Assembly: GCA_951406725.2 (NCBI GenBank)
Contig: OX597822.1
Location: 7,192,001 to 7,256,000 of the forward strand
Length of the DNA: 64,000 bases
Direction: 5' to 3'
Source: Octopus vulgaris
Taxonomy: Eukaryota
The translations under genes were made by a program, and so were the position numbers. The notes under the pieces are model-generated. The model saw only the letters and a list, made by a program, of their open reading frames with translations, did no database searches and was not told the DNA's origin. The first letter of the stretch is position 1; every line of letters begins with the position of its first letter. Below are positions 1-14,993 of this stretch, piece by piece.

Positions 1-223
1 GATATTAAACAACTTCCGAAGTATCTTTTACGTATTCGTATTTGCTTACAATTCATTCTGTTTGAAATTGCTTATATTTTTCAGTCTATGTCCCTCTGTA
101 ATCTATTCGGAATTGTTCAATGTCTATTCTCTTCTCGAATTTGTACTGAAAGAGCGTTTGAATGTTCTTATTATAAATCAAAATAATTTTATCTCCAATA
201 GATTTCCAACATTTTATTTTATG

Positions 224-350
224 TATATCGTATTCAAGACCTCTACAGGTCTTTATTTATTATATCGTATTCAAGACCTCTACAGGTCTTTATTATATCG
301 TATTCAAGACCTCTACAGGTCTTTATTATATCGTATTCAAGACCTCTACA
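224..350. repeat. Minisatellite, about 4 copies of a 33-37 bp unit (TATATCGTATTCAAGACCTCTACAGGTCTTTAT)
   Basis: Unit read directly four times; it explains the repeated LLYRIQDLYRS in ORF 62..421. Confidence 0.9.
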
Positions 351-484
351 GACGCTATTGCCTTAGCGAAATATTCTTATGTCTTGCAGTTTTCTATAAC
401 GTACACTATTTTCTGACGTAAAAAGAAATCAACTAAACCAAAATATTTTAACTGCACCAGATAAATAACACGTTTTCCTGAATT

Positions 485-485
<1 letters not shown>

Positions 486-558
<73 letters not shown>

Positions 559-619
559 ATCACTACTACCACTACTGCTGCCGTCGTCGCTGCTACTGCT
601 GCTACTATTAATACTATTA

Positions 620-651
<32 letters not shown>

Positions 652-715
652 ACTACTACAACTGGTACTGCCGCCGCTGCTGCTACTACTACTGCTGCCG
701 TCATCGCTGCTGCTG

Positions 716-786
<71 letters not shown>

Positions 787-790
787 GCTG

Positions 791-846
<56 letters not shown>

Positions 847-862
847 GCTACTGCTGCTGCTG

Positions 863-916
<54 letters not shown>
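486..916. repeat. Compound (ACT)n/(GCT)n microsatellite
   Basis: Read directly from sequence. Confidence 0.95.
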
Positions 917-1394
917 ATTTACGTTCTCATTACCAATATGTACCTCCTCATCATAGCTGGAGGGTATTGGATAGAGCCAATTGTCTTGACAAGGAAAATG
1001 GTGCCGGGGTTAATTGCGTCAATTTATGTTCGAAGTTCGAGTTACGTCATCCCATTTACGTAGTAGTTATTCTTAGAGGACGCTGAAACCCACAGAGTAT
1101 CATTCAAAAACTTACTGAACTCTACTGATTCTAGAATTGATAATTTTTATGGTGGTCGTCGGCGCAATTTACTTATGATTTCATCTTTTACGTTCCGAGT
1201 AAAAAATGTTTCCGTATTGGACTTTATCTTCCATTCACTATGGTTCGATAAAACAGAGGCAGGTCAATGAAATAGGGAATCGATGATATCGACTCAACAC
1301 CATAATAAATGTATGACCAGTTGTCGCCAATAAGAATATTCAATACTTTCTGTCAAAAATATCGTCTGTTTTTGTTTACTTGTTCCATACATTA

Positions 1395-1725
1395 CACTGG
1401 GGTTTTGCTGGGGCACATGCGCTGACAGTTTTAAGCGATTACCTCAACTTCAGTACTTATCTGAAATCTGTCACTTGCTTTATCCATATCTTAGAGAAAC
1501 ACTTATTTACGGAAATGTAAACCAGGAACAACACTTGTCTAGAGATATTTATTACACAAACTCGTACACACGTACGCAAGAACGTGCACGTACATACATC
1601 ACACAGTTTCGGTCAGCCAAACTCAACAGTCATTGGTTGACCCGCGGCTATATCAGAAGACATCTGCGATAGGTGCTGTGCAATGGGGCTGAACCTGAAG
1701 CCGCGTAGTTACGAAGCAAGCTTCT
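1395..1725 (-). mobile_element. Degenerate tRNA-derived SINE (family A, as at 19022)
   Basis: Reverse complement resembles ggttcagtcccactgcgtggcaccttgggcaagtgtcttct...gggccgacc of the 19022 copy. Confidence 0.6.
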
Positions 1726-3226
1726 AAATTGAATTTACATTCCTTTGGCATGCGTTGAAAGAAATCGTTGTAAACTTGACATTCGAGAAGAAAAGGAAAA
1801 TTACGTAACATTGTCTTTACAATCTGTTTGATGTTTTGATGTCATGTAATCAACTACAATGTTTTGATAGTGCTCTTGGGAATGGCATGACTTTCACGTA
1901 TTCCCCTACCATAAATTCATACCTGCACGTCAAGGCGATAAACGATCGACATTAATATTTACCGAGCAATGATTTCGGTACATCATAACGTTTCATGTAT
2001 GCAGTATCGTTGAGTGAAGTTAGCTTAGTGCATTTAAGCAATAACGCATTTCACCTGAGAGATATGGAAACGAATATCAAATTATGTAGTACTTCAAAAC
2101 TACATGGATTAATCTCTATAATCTATTAGATTTAGTCCCACGCTCCGATATTGTCATTCCTATGCTTCACTATATATAACAGTAATTGCTAGTTGTTATT
2201 GTTATTCTTGATTCTTAGCACTCATCAACCACAATTGAACAGAACTATAATCAAAGACTGTTTATTACTTTTCCTTGGACAACATAAATTGTTCTTAGTT
2301 TAAAACGTTGAAAACCACTGTATTTGAGTCACCGTTTAACGGCACCTTCTTTGGTAGGTGCTGGTATTAATGATGCTGCTACGTTTGATGAGAGAAAGCA
2401 GAAACTTCTTGTTGAGTCCGGGTTCTAACGAACAGGTTCCAAACCAAAAGCCCTTTCATTTCAGTTAGGTATCTAAATTTTCAACACGCAAACTTGATTA
2501 TTTCATTCACACCGTTACTTCTGAATCATTTCACAGATCCCATATTCAACGTACACCAAATTCACACTTCACTTCAGAATCAACCGAAGTAGCACCTTAA
2601 GAGACTATGAACAACATCTGCCCAAAGGTTCCGCTTTGGAAAATTAATGGCCTTATTCTCTGAATTTAAATACCATCAATGTAAATTCATAAATAAGATA
2701 ATATTCCAATATTCAATGAAATACAATTACTACTAATCAAATACAGTCCCTAGTAGATCTACACTACAGGCATGTAAACCTCACTGGTCTTTTTTTTATT
2801 ATTTTCTTTTCCACTTCATCTTTGCTGCTTTTTAATCCCATAGATTGAAATATATACGTACTACAAAATTTCTTTTATCGCGATACGGATTTGTCTTCGA
2901 ATCACGCCTGCATTTCCTAATCTTGATGACAATCTTCTCAACTTCAAACTCATTAAATCTGTCTCAGAGAGTGAGGATATCGTCAGGCGTTATGTACACC
3001 ATTCGTGTTCATACAATTAACGAAGACACAGTATCAGTCTTCAGAGTTGAATTGTTATATATAGTAGAGAACCTTCAGGCGTTGTAGAGGAGTAGTACTT
3101 GTTCGATGGCCTGGCTATATTGAACTTTGTAAAATACATGCAAATCTTCTGTTGGTCCCTACTCTATATAAAACGAAAATATAAGACGGCCAGAAATCTT
3201 AAGCAAGTACAGAGTGTTTAGATGTT

Positions 3227-3277
<51 letters not shown>

Positions 3278-3284
<7 letters not shown>

Positions 3285-3541
3285 GGCCTCTAAAAGAAGA
3301 AGCAAGTACTAGATATACAAAAGTGGATAAATTCAATGAAATGAAAATCAAAAACGTTTGTTTATAAACGTTTTTGATTTTCATTTCATTGAATTTATCC
3401 ACATTTTGTGTATCTAGTACTTGCTTCTTCTTTTTGAGGCCTTTTAATGTACTTATATATGAATAACATATAGCCTAATGGCTAATTTGTCTTTTGTGCT
3501 AGATCACCGGTAATAATAATTTATTTTATTACCCTTTTTAC
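3278..3541 (+). mobile_element. (TA)n-flanked fold-back mini-element: about 82 bp inverted arms (3278-3359 / 3366-3448), 6-nt loop, about 90 bp one-sided tail
   Basis: Arms are near-perfect reverse complements and both turn on AAACGTTT; (TA)n lies on both sides. Confidence 0.75.
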
Positions 3542-3564
3542 TATATATATATATATATATATAT

Positions 3565-3622
<58 letters not shown>

Positions 3623-3760
3623 TGTAATTTAATTGTTCATTTTGAATAGGTAAAAGGTGTTTTTTTCTAATTTTATATATATATTATATTGTGTGAATTT
3701 TGATTTAGTATTTCTAAATTGAATTTTTTCCCTGGAAATTTGGATTTATATTCCCTCAAA

Positions 3761-3823
<63 letters not shown>

Positions 3824-5227
3824 ATACAAATATATGAATATGCACATATGTGCTGTGTGTGTACTTGTGTTTGTATGTATGTGTATGTGTGCGTGTATGT
3901 ATATGTGTATATGTTCGTCTGTGTGTAGGAATGTTGATGTTCTGGTATGTGAGAAGCTGACCACTGTTAGTTTCTCTTAAACCGTATGTTACAATTTATA
4001 GTTCTTTTCCTGAAGTTCCCTCCTTCAGATTAAAAAAGAAAAATGGTTGATGAAATTTGCAGATAGACACATATTTATGAAAACGAACAAATATTATACA
4101 TTGATAATCAATGCTTCCAAATGATGCACAAATATTCGTTACAAACACGAAATAGTGGAATTTGTGTCTGTTTAACCGCCCCACAGATCACCAAAGAAAT
4201 CGCCTTGTTCTTGACAATTCTATCCTTTCACAAGTACTTTCTTTGTTATAACGTTTACGCTTATTACTTTCTTCCTGGCAATAATTTTACGATCCATTTG
4301 TAGTTCTTGGAAGAAAGCAAAAATACTGCCTACAACACTACTGAAGTACGGCAAGTCACCAGATTGTCTTGTTTTTAATAGCTGTCGACTCGTATTTTTA
4401 TATCTCCTCCATTACATTTTCTTCACAAAATGCAGCTCTTAATCTTTCTGTTTTATATTATTTTCATTGATGTGATGTCGTTAGAAACGAAGAATAAAAA
4501 GTCAGATTGCTGTGTAAAATCTGTTTCTGGAAAAGTAAATTTATACACCTTTGTTTATTGTTGCATGCTTCAGAAAAGAATACTTCCGATATGTCTGTGT
4601 GATGTGTTCACTGATAAAGATGGACATGGATCGAATGATAAGAACTAACGTAACGAGAATCGATAAAATGTAAATGCTGCAAGAAAGCTCCACCAAACTT
4701 CGTCTTTACGAATTTTACAGTTGCATAGTGTTCCAAGATAATGCTATTTCGCCAAGTACGCAGAAATACAATAGAAAACACTATCATATAGAAAGCAAAG
4801 TTTTGTAACCAACTGAAAAAAAATTAGCCTATAACTCTTTCTTTATCTATCCTACATCACTTTATGTGTATAGTTTTATATGATCAGATCTGAAGTACGA
4901 ACTCTGTATATTTATGCAAATGGATATTACTATAATTTGATATATGTAACAATAAATTCATTTCCATGTCTTCAGTTATATAACGGTTGTTTATGCTTCA
5001 TATTAGTATTGATGGTTTCAAATATATATCATTCTCCCTGTGTTTGAATGTATATGAGAACGCACACAGATATGTACACACACACGCACACATGCACATA
5101 CGTATACATGCCACAAACATATATGCATTTCTTAGATTTAATTATTATTAACATTTTATTTATATCATTAGTAGTGTTGTTGTTATTCTCGTCGTCGCTA
5201 ATTCATCATCATCATTGTTTTTATTTA

Positions 5228-5712
<485 letters not shown>

Positions 5713-6375
5713 TTGCCTTTGCACAGCTTCTAACGCTGGAGATGTACTACAGTGTCAGCTGTTTACTACCAGTGAGCTAAGTTAACACCTCTTATTTTTC
5801 GAGCACCTTCCGGAGTATTCGATCAGTTCCAAGCAGTGCTGTTTTTCTGCAAGTGCTCCACACTTATTGCAGCCCCTATTTGTTCCATGTACTTCTCGAG
5901 ATTTTTGCTCACTGTACCTAGGGCTCCGACAATTATTGGTACTACAACTACCTTTTTCATCGACCACAACTGCTTAACTTCCCAAGCTATCCTCTCATAT
6001 CTCTTGACTTTTCTTTCTTCCATATCGCATAACTTGTTGTCAGCTGGTCATGCTATATCTATGTTTGCTTTCTTTCTCAATTAACACTATGTCCGGCTTC
6101 CTATTCTCTATCTCCTGGTGGCACTGAACCATAAAATCCCATAGGATCTTGGCATTTCTATTTTCGACGATGTCTTCAGGTTTGTGGTCGTACCAATTTT
6201 TTGCACTGTCAAGTACATACTTGTTGCAAGGTGTCCACTAGACAAGCCTGGCTATATTGTTTTGCCGTCTCTTATATTCTTTCTGGGCTAATGTCGTACA
6301 GTGGCTGCTAATATGCCATTCGGTTTCAGCGTTTTTTCCACAGATTCTGCACTTATCACTTACTGCTGTGTTTAT
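5713..6375 (-). mobile_element. 3' fragment of an RLE-type non-LTR retrotransposon (R4/Dong-like), embedded in (TAA)n
   Basis: Minus-strand peptides: CRICGKNAETEWHISSHC (CCHC knuckle), LAQKEYKRRQNNIARLV, KPDIV (RLE PD motif) and VVVVPIIVGALGTVSKNLEKY. Frameshifted. Confidence 0.85.
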
Positions 6376-6376
6376 C

Positions 6377-6464
<88 letters not shown>

Positions 6465-6589
6465 TAATAATAATAATAATTATTATTATTATTAATATTA
6501 TTATTATTATTGTTGTTGTTGTTGTTGTTGCTGTTGTTGTTGTTATTATCATCATCATCATCATCAATATTATTATTATTTTCTTTAGC

Positions 6590-6960
6590 ATCTTCTTTCA
6601 GTTCTGTGTCCGTTTCTTGGCGAGTGTCTTCTTGATACCTATAACAGAAGAACGTATTGTATACATTGTCGTTAGGCCATTAAAACAAACACACCAGATT
6701 GTTCATTTACAGAATCATATGATAGACAAAAAATGGAAGACAGAGAGTAAAAGGAAAAAAAATAGAAAATAGAAAAATAAACAAATAGAGGGGAAAAAGA
6801 ACATTCTCAGCGACAATGCTCTGCTCAATACATATAACGTACTTGTTAAGACAGTCTTTTGGATTTCCTGCATGGGTTGTGAGCGTCGGATAATTTCAAA
6901 TAAGTTTCAGTTCCTTTTTTCATCATTCCAAGAGCTCCAACAATCACCGGTATTGTAACC
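6590..6960 (-). mobile_element. Degraded R4/Dong-like 3' fragment
   Basis: Minus strand encodes VTIPVIVGALGMMK, the same motif as the 5713 and 54690 copies; adjacent to (TAA)n. Confidence 0.55.
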
Positions 6961-7782
6961 AGAGGAATTTCAACCGTGTTTCGCGGTCTGTTACCACAAC
7001 AACTCCTTTATAGGATCTAGTTAGCTCAAGGCATCATCAGGGAGAACCACGTCCGGTTTCGGCCTCTACCACTCTACCGTTTTTTACTATATATCGTTTC
7101 AAAATAGCATAATTAATTTTACTAGTTATCGTTTTAAAAAAAAAAGTACTTTCAGAATGCATCAACAATATTGTGCTTAAGCTATTATGAATCTAGTTTT
7201 CAGCCATGAATCTAAGTCGATTTTGCAAGTTAAATTGTAAGTATTTAAAGTTTAAATATTCCTACAGACTGGTTTTATATAACCTACCATATTAGTTCCT
7301 GATATTGGGAACATATTGACTCTCCTACATTTAGCTTCAACGAAAATCTGTAAGATTGCTGTCTGTAGTTTTTAAACATTACCTGAAGATGCTCTGTTCA
7401 TGTCAGTGTTTCCTTTCAGCACCTTGCATTGAGTTAGAAATATAGTTACTGACACGTATATCAGGCAATTTGGCGCCCAATGCCTTGTTATTTTGCCGCT
7501 TCATTGAGTTCTTTTTCTAAATTACCTCCTATTTTGTTGACTTAGCAAGTTCTGTTGGAGAATGTCCTTGTCGGATATTTGTATGAAATGGACCTTCAAT
7601 CAGATCGATATTCTTTATCATTCCAAAGCGTTTCTAAGATGATAAAATAATTTAGGTAGTCAAGTGTCCGCTCATGCGTGTTTGGGAGTTCAGATGGATT
7701 TTTATTGGTGTTCAGCGACCGCATATTTCACCATGTTACTACGTTGTTGATAAAACCGCCTACACTTAAGTAATCCATAGTA

Positions 7783-7933
<151 letters not shown>

Positions 7934-8010
7934 TGTAGTAGTAGTTGTAGTAGTAGTATTAGTAACAGTAGTAGTATACATGTAATCATTAATCATTAGT
8001 ATTATCATTA

Positions 8011-8419
8011 ACGCGGTGAGCTGGAAGAATCGTTAGCAGGCTGGACGAAATGTTGAGCGGTATTTTGCCAGTCGTTAGGTTCTGAGTTCAAATTCTGCCG
8101 AGGTCGACTTTGCCTTTCATCTTTTCGGTGTCGATTAAATTTGCAACAGTTCCGCACTGGGGTCGACGTAATCGACTTGATTCCTTCCTCCAAATTTGAG
8201 GCATATTACTTCCAGCAGAAAAGATAAATGGTAGAATTATGAGCAGACCGGGCGGTCTGCTTAGCGGTATTTTGTCCGTCTTCACCTTAGGAGTTCAAAT
8301 TCTACCGATGTCGATTTTGCCTTTCATCCTTTTGGAATCGATAAAATAAATACCAGGGGCACACTGAGATCGATGTAATCTACTATCTTCCTCCTTAAAA
8401 TATCAGGCCTTCTGACTGT

Positions 8420-8420
<1 letters not shown>
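8011..8420 (+). mobile_element. Two tandem copies of tRNA-derived SINE family B
   Basis: gagctggcagaatcgttagc...gttctgagttcaaattc(B box)...gaggtcgactttgcctttcatcc, recurring across the window. Confidence 0.8.
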
Positions 8421-8454
<34 letters not shown>

Positions 8455-8750
8455 GAGTGAGAGAGCAGTGCATGCCATCAAAGTGACACTGGGGTAAAAT
8501 ATACGAAGCCCAGTATACCCATCATCACTACCCGTCTGATAAGGGTACACCAGGCACATGCATGACAACCATATGTGTGCGACATGGTGATCTCATATCA
8601 AGATAAACAGCACATGACCTTGCAGGTGGGGTCCTGTTAGAATTTCCTTCAGGTTGAGTAGCCCATCCCGCTCAAAAGGTCCCTGAATAAGGGTTGTTTA
8701 AGGATGTTGAAAGAACCACCCATGTTTCCAGAGGTGAATTATTCAAACCC
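8455..8750 (-). repeat. Dispersed repeat flanked by (TAA)n; second copy at about 9155-9440; possibly associated with the adjacent R4/Dong-like element
   Basis: catgccatcaaagtgacactgggg...tatcaagataaacag...aggttgagtagccc is shared by both copies. Confidence 0.7.
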
Positions 8751-8776
8751 TATTATTATTATCACTATTATTATTA

Positions 8777-8862
<86 letters not shown>

Positions 8863-8904
8863 GCTGTTGCTGTTGTTATTATTATTGCTATTATTATTAT
8901 TATT

Positions 8905-9133
8905 TGATTCTTTATTACCCTCAAGGGGCTAAACATAGAGGGGACGAACAAGGAGAGACAAAGGGATTAAGTCGATTACATCGACCCCAGTGCGTAACTG
9001 GTACTTAATTTATCGACCCCGAAAGGATGAAAGGCAAAGTCGACCTCGGCGGAATTTGAAATCAGAACGTAACGGCAGACGAAATACGGCTAAGCATTTC
9101 GACCGGCGTGCCAACATTTCTGCCTGCTCGTCA
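8905..9133 (-). mobile_element. Near full-length SINE family B copy
   Basis: Reverse complement of the 8011 and 22104 consensus, including the 3' tail. Confidence 0.85.
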
Positions 9134-9589
9134 CCTATAAAAGTTAAATTGCATTGAGTTAGACAGCAGCACGTGCCATGAAAGTGACACTGGGGTACAA
9201 TTTTACGAAGCCCAATATACCCGTCATGATTACTCGTCTCATACGTTTACACCGGGTGCATGCATCATAATGATATATGCGCAACATGATGGTTTTATAT
9301 CAAGATAAACAGTACATGACCTCGCAAGTGGGGCTCGGTTAGAATTTTCTTCAGGTTGAGTAGCCATTCGACTGAAAAGTTTGTTTAAGGATGATGAACG
9401 AAACACACGTTTCCACGGTTGAATTATACAAACCCCAAAGAATTCTTCTCAACACATAGCTATGATGCTCCCCCACTACTTTTGCTCGTGATCAGAGATG
9501 CATATATTGTCAGCCAGGAAGGGACATACTCAACTGGTTAAGGACAAACAAGTGACAAGCAAATCTGTGGTACTGAATAGAATTATTAA

Positions 9590-10900
9590 TGATAACCTTC
9601 TGTTATACCAAGACAAATCAATGCAGATGATTAATCTTATTTCTATCACGGGCTTTCACTGCACTACCCAGCGCAGCTCTGTCTGCCTTGGGTACGTTCT
9701 GTGGTTTGTTGTGATGCTCTTATTTTCCATGTATTGAAAGTGTTTTACGTAGCATGTGTCCAGTGCCAAGTAGTAGCATTTTTTGTTTTATATATACTTA
9801 TAAGTTTTTTTTATATATATTTGTCGGAATGCTTTTTATCATACCTGATGCACCTACTATGACAGGAATTGTAACCACATTCGAATTACCTCTGTTGCCA
9901 GATCTTTATATTTTATAGGTTTCTCCGGTTTTTTTATTAGAGTAATATAGTCATCTCATTATATTGATACATGTATTAGAAAGCATTCTTTCTTGGTGAT
10001 CTCTGACAGCTATATCCGGCATCATTTCTCTATCTGTGTGTATTGACATATCACAGAAGATGGTTGCTCTCTAATTTTCTGAGACCTTTTCTTGCGTGTG
10101 CCTATACCATCTTTTTTCTGTTGTTATTCAGTAGTGTTAGCATAGCTTTAAGTGTATATAGGTTCCAACCCTCTCGTTTCTTCTCCATCACCACATATTC
10201 TGTTCTGCAGTTGATCTCGTGCTGCAATTAAAAGCGCTTAAGTCTCTGATTTGAGTCCCGACTTTCTCAGCTATTGTTGGGATTTTGCTTTGTCTATTTC
10301 TTCTCTGCTTAGCTTAACCAAATATTTGCCATGAAGGTGTTTTTCTTGCCATCGTTTTATCATGATCTGTTACTGTTCCTGTTTTACTTTAGATTTCAGT
10401 TGTTTAACTGCTTTTGTTTTATTTCTTCTTTTTCTTCGTAGTTGTTGGGTACTATGACTTGTTTCTTATATTATTCAGCTTCCGTAAGACTGAATCAGTA
10501 TTTTGTTTTGCCCGTGTTTTGTGGTGATGGTCTAATACGCTTATTTCATTTGATGTATCTCGTGTGGTAGTAATACTCTTAACTAGTTTTCCTTTTGCAG
10601 ATTCCTCTAAGCCAAATTCGTTGTTTCTTTCTTTGGTAAATCCATGCACTGTCTGTAGTGCTGATTCAAGCAGTTCATTGTTTCTAGCGTACAGTTTTAG
10701 ATCATCCATATTCCAGAGATGGCTGACTGTTTTGCCGTATCATTTGTATCCATATCCAATTCTGTTGTGAAAGAAAGGTGTCAGTGCCAAGCAGAAAAAG
10801 GAGTGCAGAGATCATGTCAGCCTTGAATATTTTTCTTCCAACGAGGATGGCTTTGGTTTTTATGAGTACCTCTTTTGTCTGCCAATTTATTCTTGGAATG
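9590..10900 (-). mobile_element. Decayed R4/Dong-like LINE (RT to 3' region)
   Basis: Minus strand MDDLKLYARNN (RT motif C region), FGLE, WQEKHLHGKY and IPVIVGASG; many stops and frameshifts. Confidence 0.75.
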
Positions 10901-11029
10901 TTTCATTAATTTTCTTAGGTGCAACAACACATTACATCTTCACAGGCCTCCCATTAATTTACCGAAGCAAAATATCATGTCGCAGTTGTTATAAAGTCAT
11001 ATTCGTTTTGCAATGTTGGCAGTTTTAAG

Positions 11030-12035
11030 AAAAATATAAAATTTTTTGCTATATATCGATACCAATATTAGTGGTCTTGTCGTGCTTCAAGTAGCTCACA
11101 AGGACGCTGCCATGAGGAAAGTACGTGTCTACGATGGTTTCCACTATTTACGAATGGCTACTTGCCTCTTGAAGGCCAACCTTATTCAGAGCGACCGTCG
11201 ACCTCAAGAACAAATGAAAACATCATACAAATTTAAGAAAACTGATTTTCGAAGAAGACTGTCGCAGAAAAATTGACGAACTTGTCGATATGAGAGGTGT
11301 GTTCTGGAGCTCCTGCCAAAGTATTTTGAACGAGGAATTGCGAACAAAAAGAGTTGCAGCAAAATTTTTGCCTCATTTGCTCAGGGAAGATCAAAAACTG
11401 CAAAAACATTTGAAAGTTGACCAGAATCCTTTTCCGAAGGTCATCACTGGAAACGAAAGCTGGTGCTACGACTAGCACCCGGAAACGAAACAGCAATCAT
11501 GTCAGTAGGAGCATTCAATTTCACCAGGCTCGAAAAATGTGCGTCAAGTGAAGTCCAATGTCAAGACGATACTGATTTGTTTCATAGATGCGAAACAAGA
11601 ATTTGTTACTCCAGGTAAAACTCTTAACCAGACATCTTATTTGGCAGTTCTGAAGCATTTGCAAGACGTGGTGAGACGATGATCGCTCGACTTATGTGAC
11701 TGTTTTTGCCAAAAATGGTATGGCTTCGCTTACCGATCCTCCCTATTCGTCTGATCTTACTCCCTGCAATTTTTTTCTCTTACATTGAATGAAAAAAAGT
11801 CCGTAAAGGAAAGTGTATTGCAGATGTAGAAGAGATGAACAAAAACATCAGGGATACGTTAAAAAACATCACTTCGCAAAAGTTCCTGGACTGCTTCGAA
11901 CAATGGAAAACGTGTCTGGACCGATGGATTGCTTTAAACGGAGAATAGTTTGAAGGCGATAAAAGTGTAAACATGTGAAACTATGTGAATAAAATAATAT
12001 TGCAAAATTCGGTTTCCTTTGGGTACCGCCTCGTA
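11030..12035 (+). mobile_element. Decayed mariner DNA transposon
   Basis: KRVAAKFLPHLL (WVPHEL-like), ITGNESWCYD (first catalytic D region), PPYSSDLTPC (YSPDLAP); 3' TIR ends ...ccgcctcgTA. Confidence 0.85.
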
Positions 12036-13649
12036 TATTTTATATAAGATATGTGCAATGCATCAATCTAATTCTCAAAAAAATCAAAAATTAATAAATG
12101 GAGTTCCACATTTTATGTAGTAGAGCGGGAACTACTGAATATTTTGCTTCTATTAACTCTATTTATGGCTTGCAGCTGACTGTGAAAAGCAGCGCTACCT
12201 TTTGTAGGGGTCGGTCGGATGTCAGCAAGATTAGAAAACCCTTGCCATCTCTCTGCTAGCTACCTTTAATGTGTAAATTGTACTGAAAGAAAATCCAACT
12301 ACTGGTTAATGTCAAACCGAGTGAACCTATGAAAAGTTATCCAAAGACAGCGAAAGCTATAGTTTTCGCGGGCAGTTTGCAGGTGAATAACCTGCCAAAT
12401 ATTTTATTCGAAAAAGCAATAAAGTGGAACCTGGAGAATATACCGTAACTATTTCTAACAAGCAAATGAAAAGACAGGCATATGTCTTAAGGATTATGCT
12501 AAAACCTGTAGATAGCAATAAAACCTCAAATAGTTTAATGCATTCACTCCATCTGCAAAGACATTTATTTCTTATGCAAAGAGATTAACATCTAAGTAAT
12601 TATCCATTAAATTACTTTAACCCTACTTAACAATATTGAGCTTTCAGTGGTCTATTAATGTACCCGTTAACCTAAAAACTAGTTCTGTAATACTTGGTTT
12701 TCTCTACATGCGAAGGTGAATTTAAATCACATAATTTTTGTGAGTTTTGATTCGTAACCCCGAAACATGTACACTTTATTTTATGAATATGGGTTAAACT
12801 GTTGAGTGTTCCACCATAATGTGGCTTGCATGACCCACCGTGTTTTGTTTACGCTTGCTTGAAAATAATATAACTGTCTGATCAGAATTGGAATAATTTA
12901 AACCCCACACATATCTACAACCTGTAAACATGCTGTACGAAAAGCAAATCATATGAAGTGAGAGAAAAACGTAGCGTTTTATCATGAAGAATATTTTTAG
13001 CTACTCATATAAATGATACCAGCAAAGGAATACAACCACATATACAAAGACATATACATAACATACGTACATACAAACGAGTGAATTACTAATCTGGACT
13101 GAAAAGAATGGAGCAATGCACACACACACTCACACACATTCACACATATATAAACAGTTAAGAGATATACTTTATAATTTTATCTAGACCTCTGGCGGAT
13201 ATATGGAGATTATTCCAGAAAAAAAGTGGAAGCCAGAAGAAAAAGAAAGAAAAAAAGGGGTAGCTATTTTATATATTATATTCTTACATGGATATTTTCG
13301 TCCCTTTTTTTAAAATATTATTCTTTACATATCTTCTATGAGATAGAGCGACTCACATGTGTGTCAGTATGGCTGATTGTATATAAACTGACGTTTAAGT
13401 AAGTATATTTGAATATAAATTATATAGCAGAGCGGGCATATGCATATATATTTTGAATATGTCTGTGTATTATGTAAACCAAATTTTAGATTCTGTAATC
13501 TATTATGCCAGCGTATAAGGCAAGAGAAAAGCAGTTGCTGTGATTTCGTTTGTAAGGAAATAAGAATAACTTATATGGATGTAGGTATGTTATGTAAAAA
13601 CACACATGTATGTACATATATACACATATATATATATATATATATATAC

Positions 13650-13855
13650 ACTCTTTACTCTTTTACTTGTTTCAGTCATTTGACTGTAGCCATGCTGGAG
13701 CACCGCCTTTAGTCGAGCAAATCGACCCCAGGACTTATTCTTTGTAGCCTAGTACTTATCCTATCGCTCTCTTTTGTCGAACCACTTAGTTACGGGGACG
13801 TGAACAAGCAACTATCGGTTGTCAAGCGATGTTGGGGGGACAAACACATACACAC
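13650..13855 (-). mobile_element. 3' half of SINE family A
   Basis: Reverse complement matches 19220-19410 (tgtttgtccccccaacatcgcttg...gcggtgctccagcatggct). Confidence 0.8.
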
Positions 13856-13857
13856 AA

Positions 13858-13920
<63 letters not shown>

Positions 13921-14559
13921 GAGAGAGATAAGTGTATAAATATATGATCCAAGGATCAATCTGTAGAAAGGTAGTGAACTTCAAGCAGACCGTAGAAGAT
14001 ATTTAAAAAAACAGCTTTCAGGAACAATAGTGGTTTATTGGGGCAGAAATGTTTGAATTGTTGCCGTATCGAAGTAGGATTGACTGAAAGATGTTTACTT
14101 TACAATTTACGGTTAGTCACTGGGGTTGCTGTGTATGTGAATATATATCCCAGAATTAGGGAATGTAGTAACATAAAATTTAGGTTACATACGTTTCGTA
14201 GCAGGAACATGTGAAGTAGTAAAATCAGGCTACCCAATCTTTAATAGATAGAGGAACCTCGAAAGTAGTAATTACACAAAGAGTAGACCGCAAGCCACCA
14301 TTCAGGCCAAGGATAATTGAGTACATGAAATTTACATTGTCGTTAGGAGATCCCGTGTTAACATACATGAGATTACATGAAACTTTTTGGATATGCGTAC
14401 GAATGTATATATGTATGCATATGTGTACGTATGTATTTATGTACATATGTGCGTAAGTACCGTATGGGGGATCGGCAATATCTTGCTGGACAACCACATA
14501 CATGACTTGTATATATTGATCAAATGTTTGTGTTGATATAAACTTACGTCCCTCCATCA

Positions 14560-14735
14560 GATCGATATTAATTGTGCAAGTGCACTAAGTACCATATCTC
14601 ACATGACGAAAATATATCAGAGAAACGTAAAATGATGCGGTTTGCTCACGAACACAACGCAACGCCCGGTCTGGGAATCGAAACGATGACCTCGCGATCG
14701 TTAGTGCAACACATTAACCACTGATCTCTGCGCCT
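14560..14735 (-). mobile_element. Degenerate SINE family C copy
   Basis: acaacgcccggtctgggaatcgaaac, as at 51904. Confidence 0.65.
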
Positions 14736-14738
14736 CGA

Positions 14739-14780
<42 letters not shown>

Positions 14781-14784
<4 letters not shown>

Positions 14785-14993
14785 TAAAAACGGTAAGATA
14801 ACAAAAGAAAGAAAGAGACCTCAATATTATGTAAATAGAGGAATTTATCTGTAAAATAATATGTGACAATTATTCAATAGCCTGAGTTTCGGATGCAAGA
14901 TAACCGAAGAGATGGTGTTGTGGATTTCCATCTCGGCATCCGAAACTCAGAGTTTTATCTTGGCTATTGAATAATTGTCACGCATTATTTTAC

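Noticed and set aside
224-350. 33-37 bp repeats resembling a CRISPR array
   Set aside because: Head-to-tail units with no unique spacers, no cas genes, and a eukaryotic context.
7383-7450. CTGAAGA...GAAATATAGTT (similar degenerate motifs at about 17555-17622 and 60366-60405)
   Set aside because: Stems do not pair convincingly, so I could not call them ribozymes without a family consensus.
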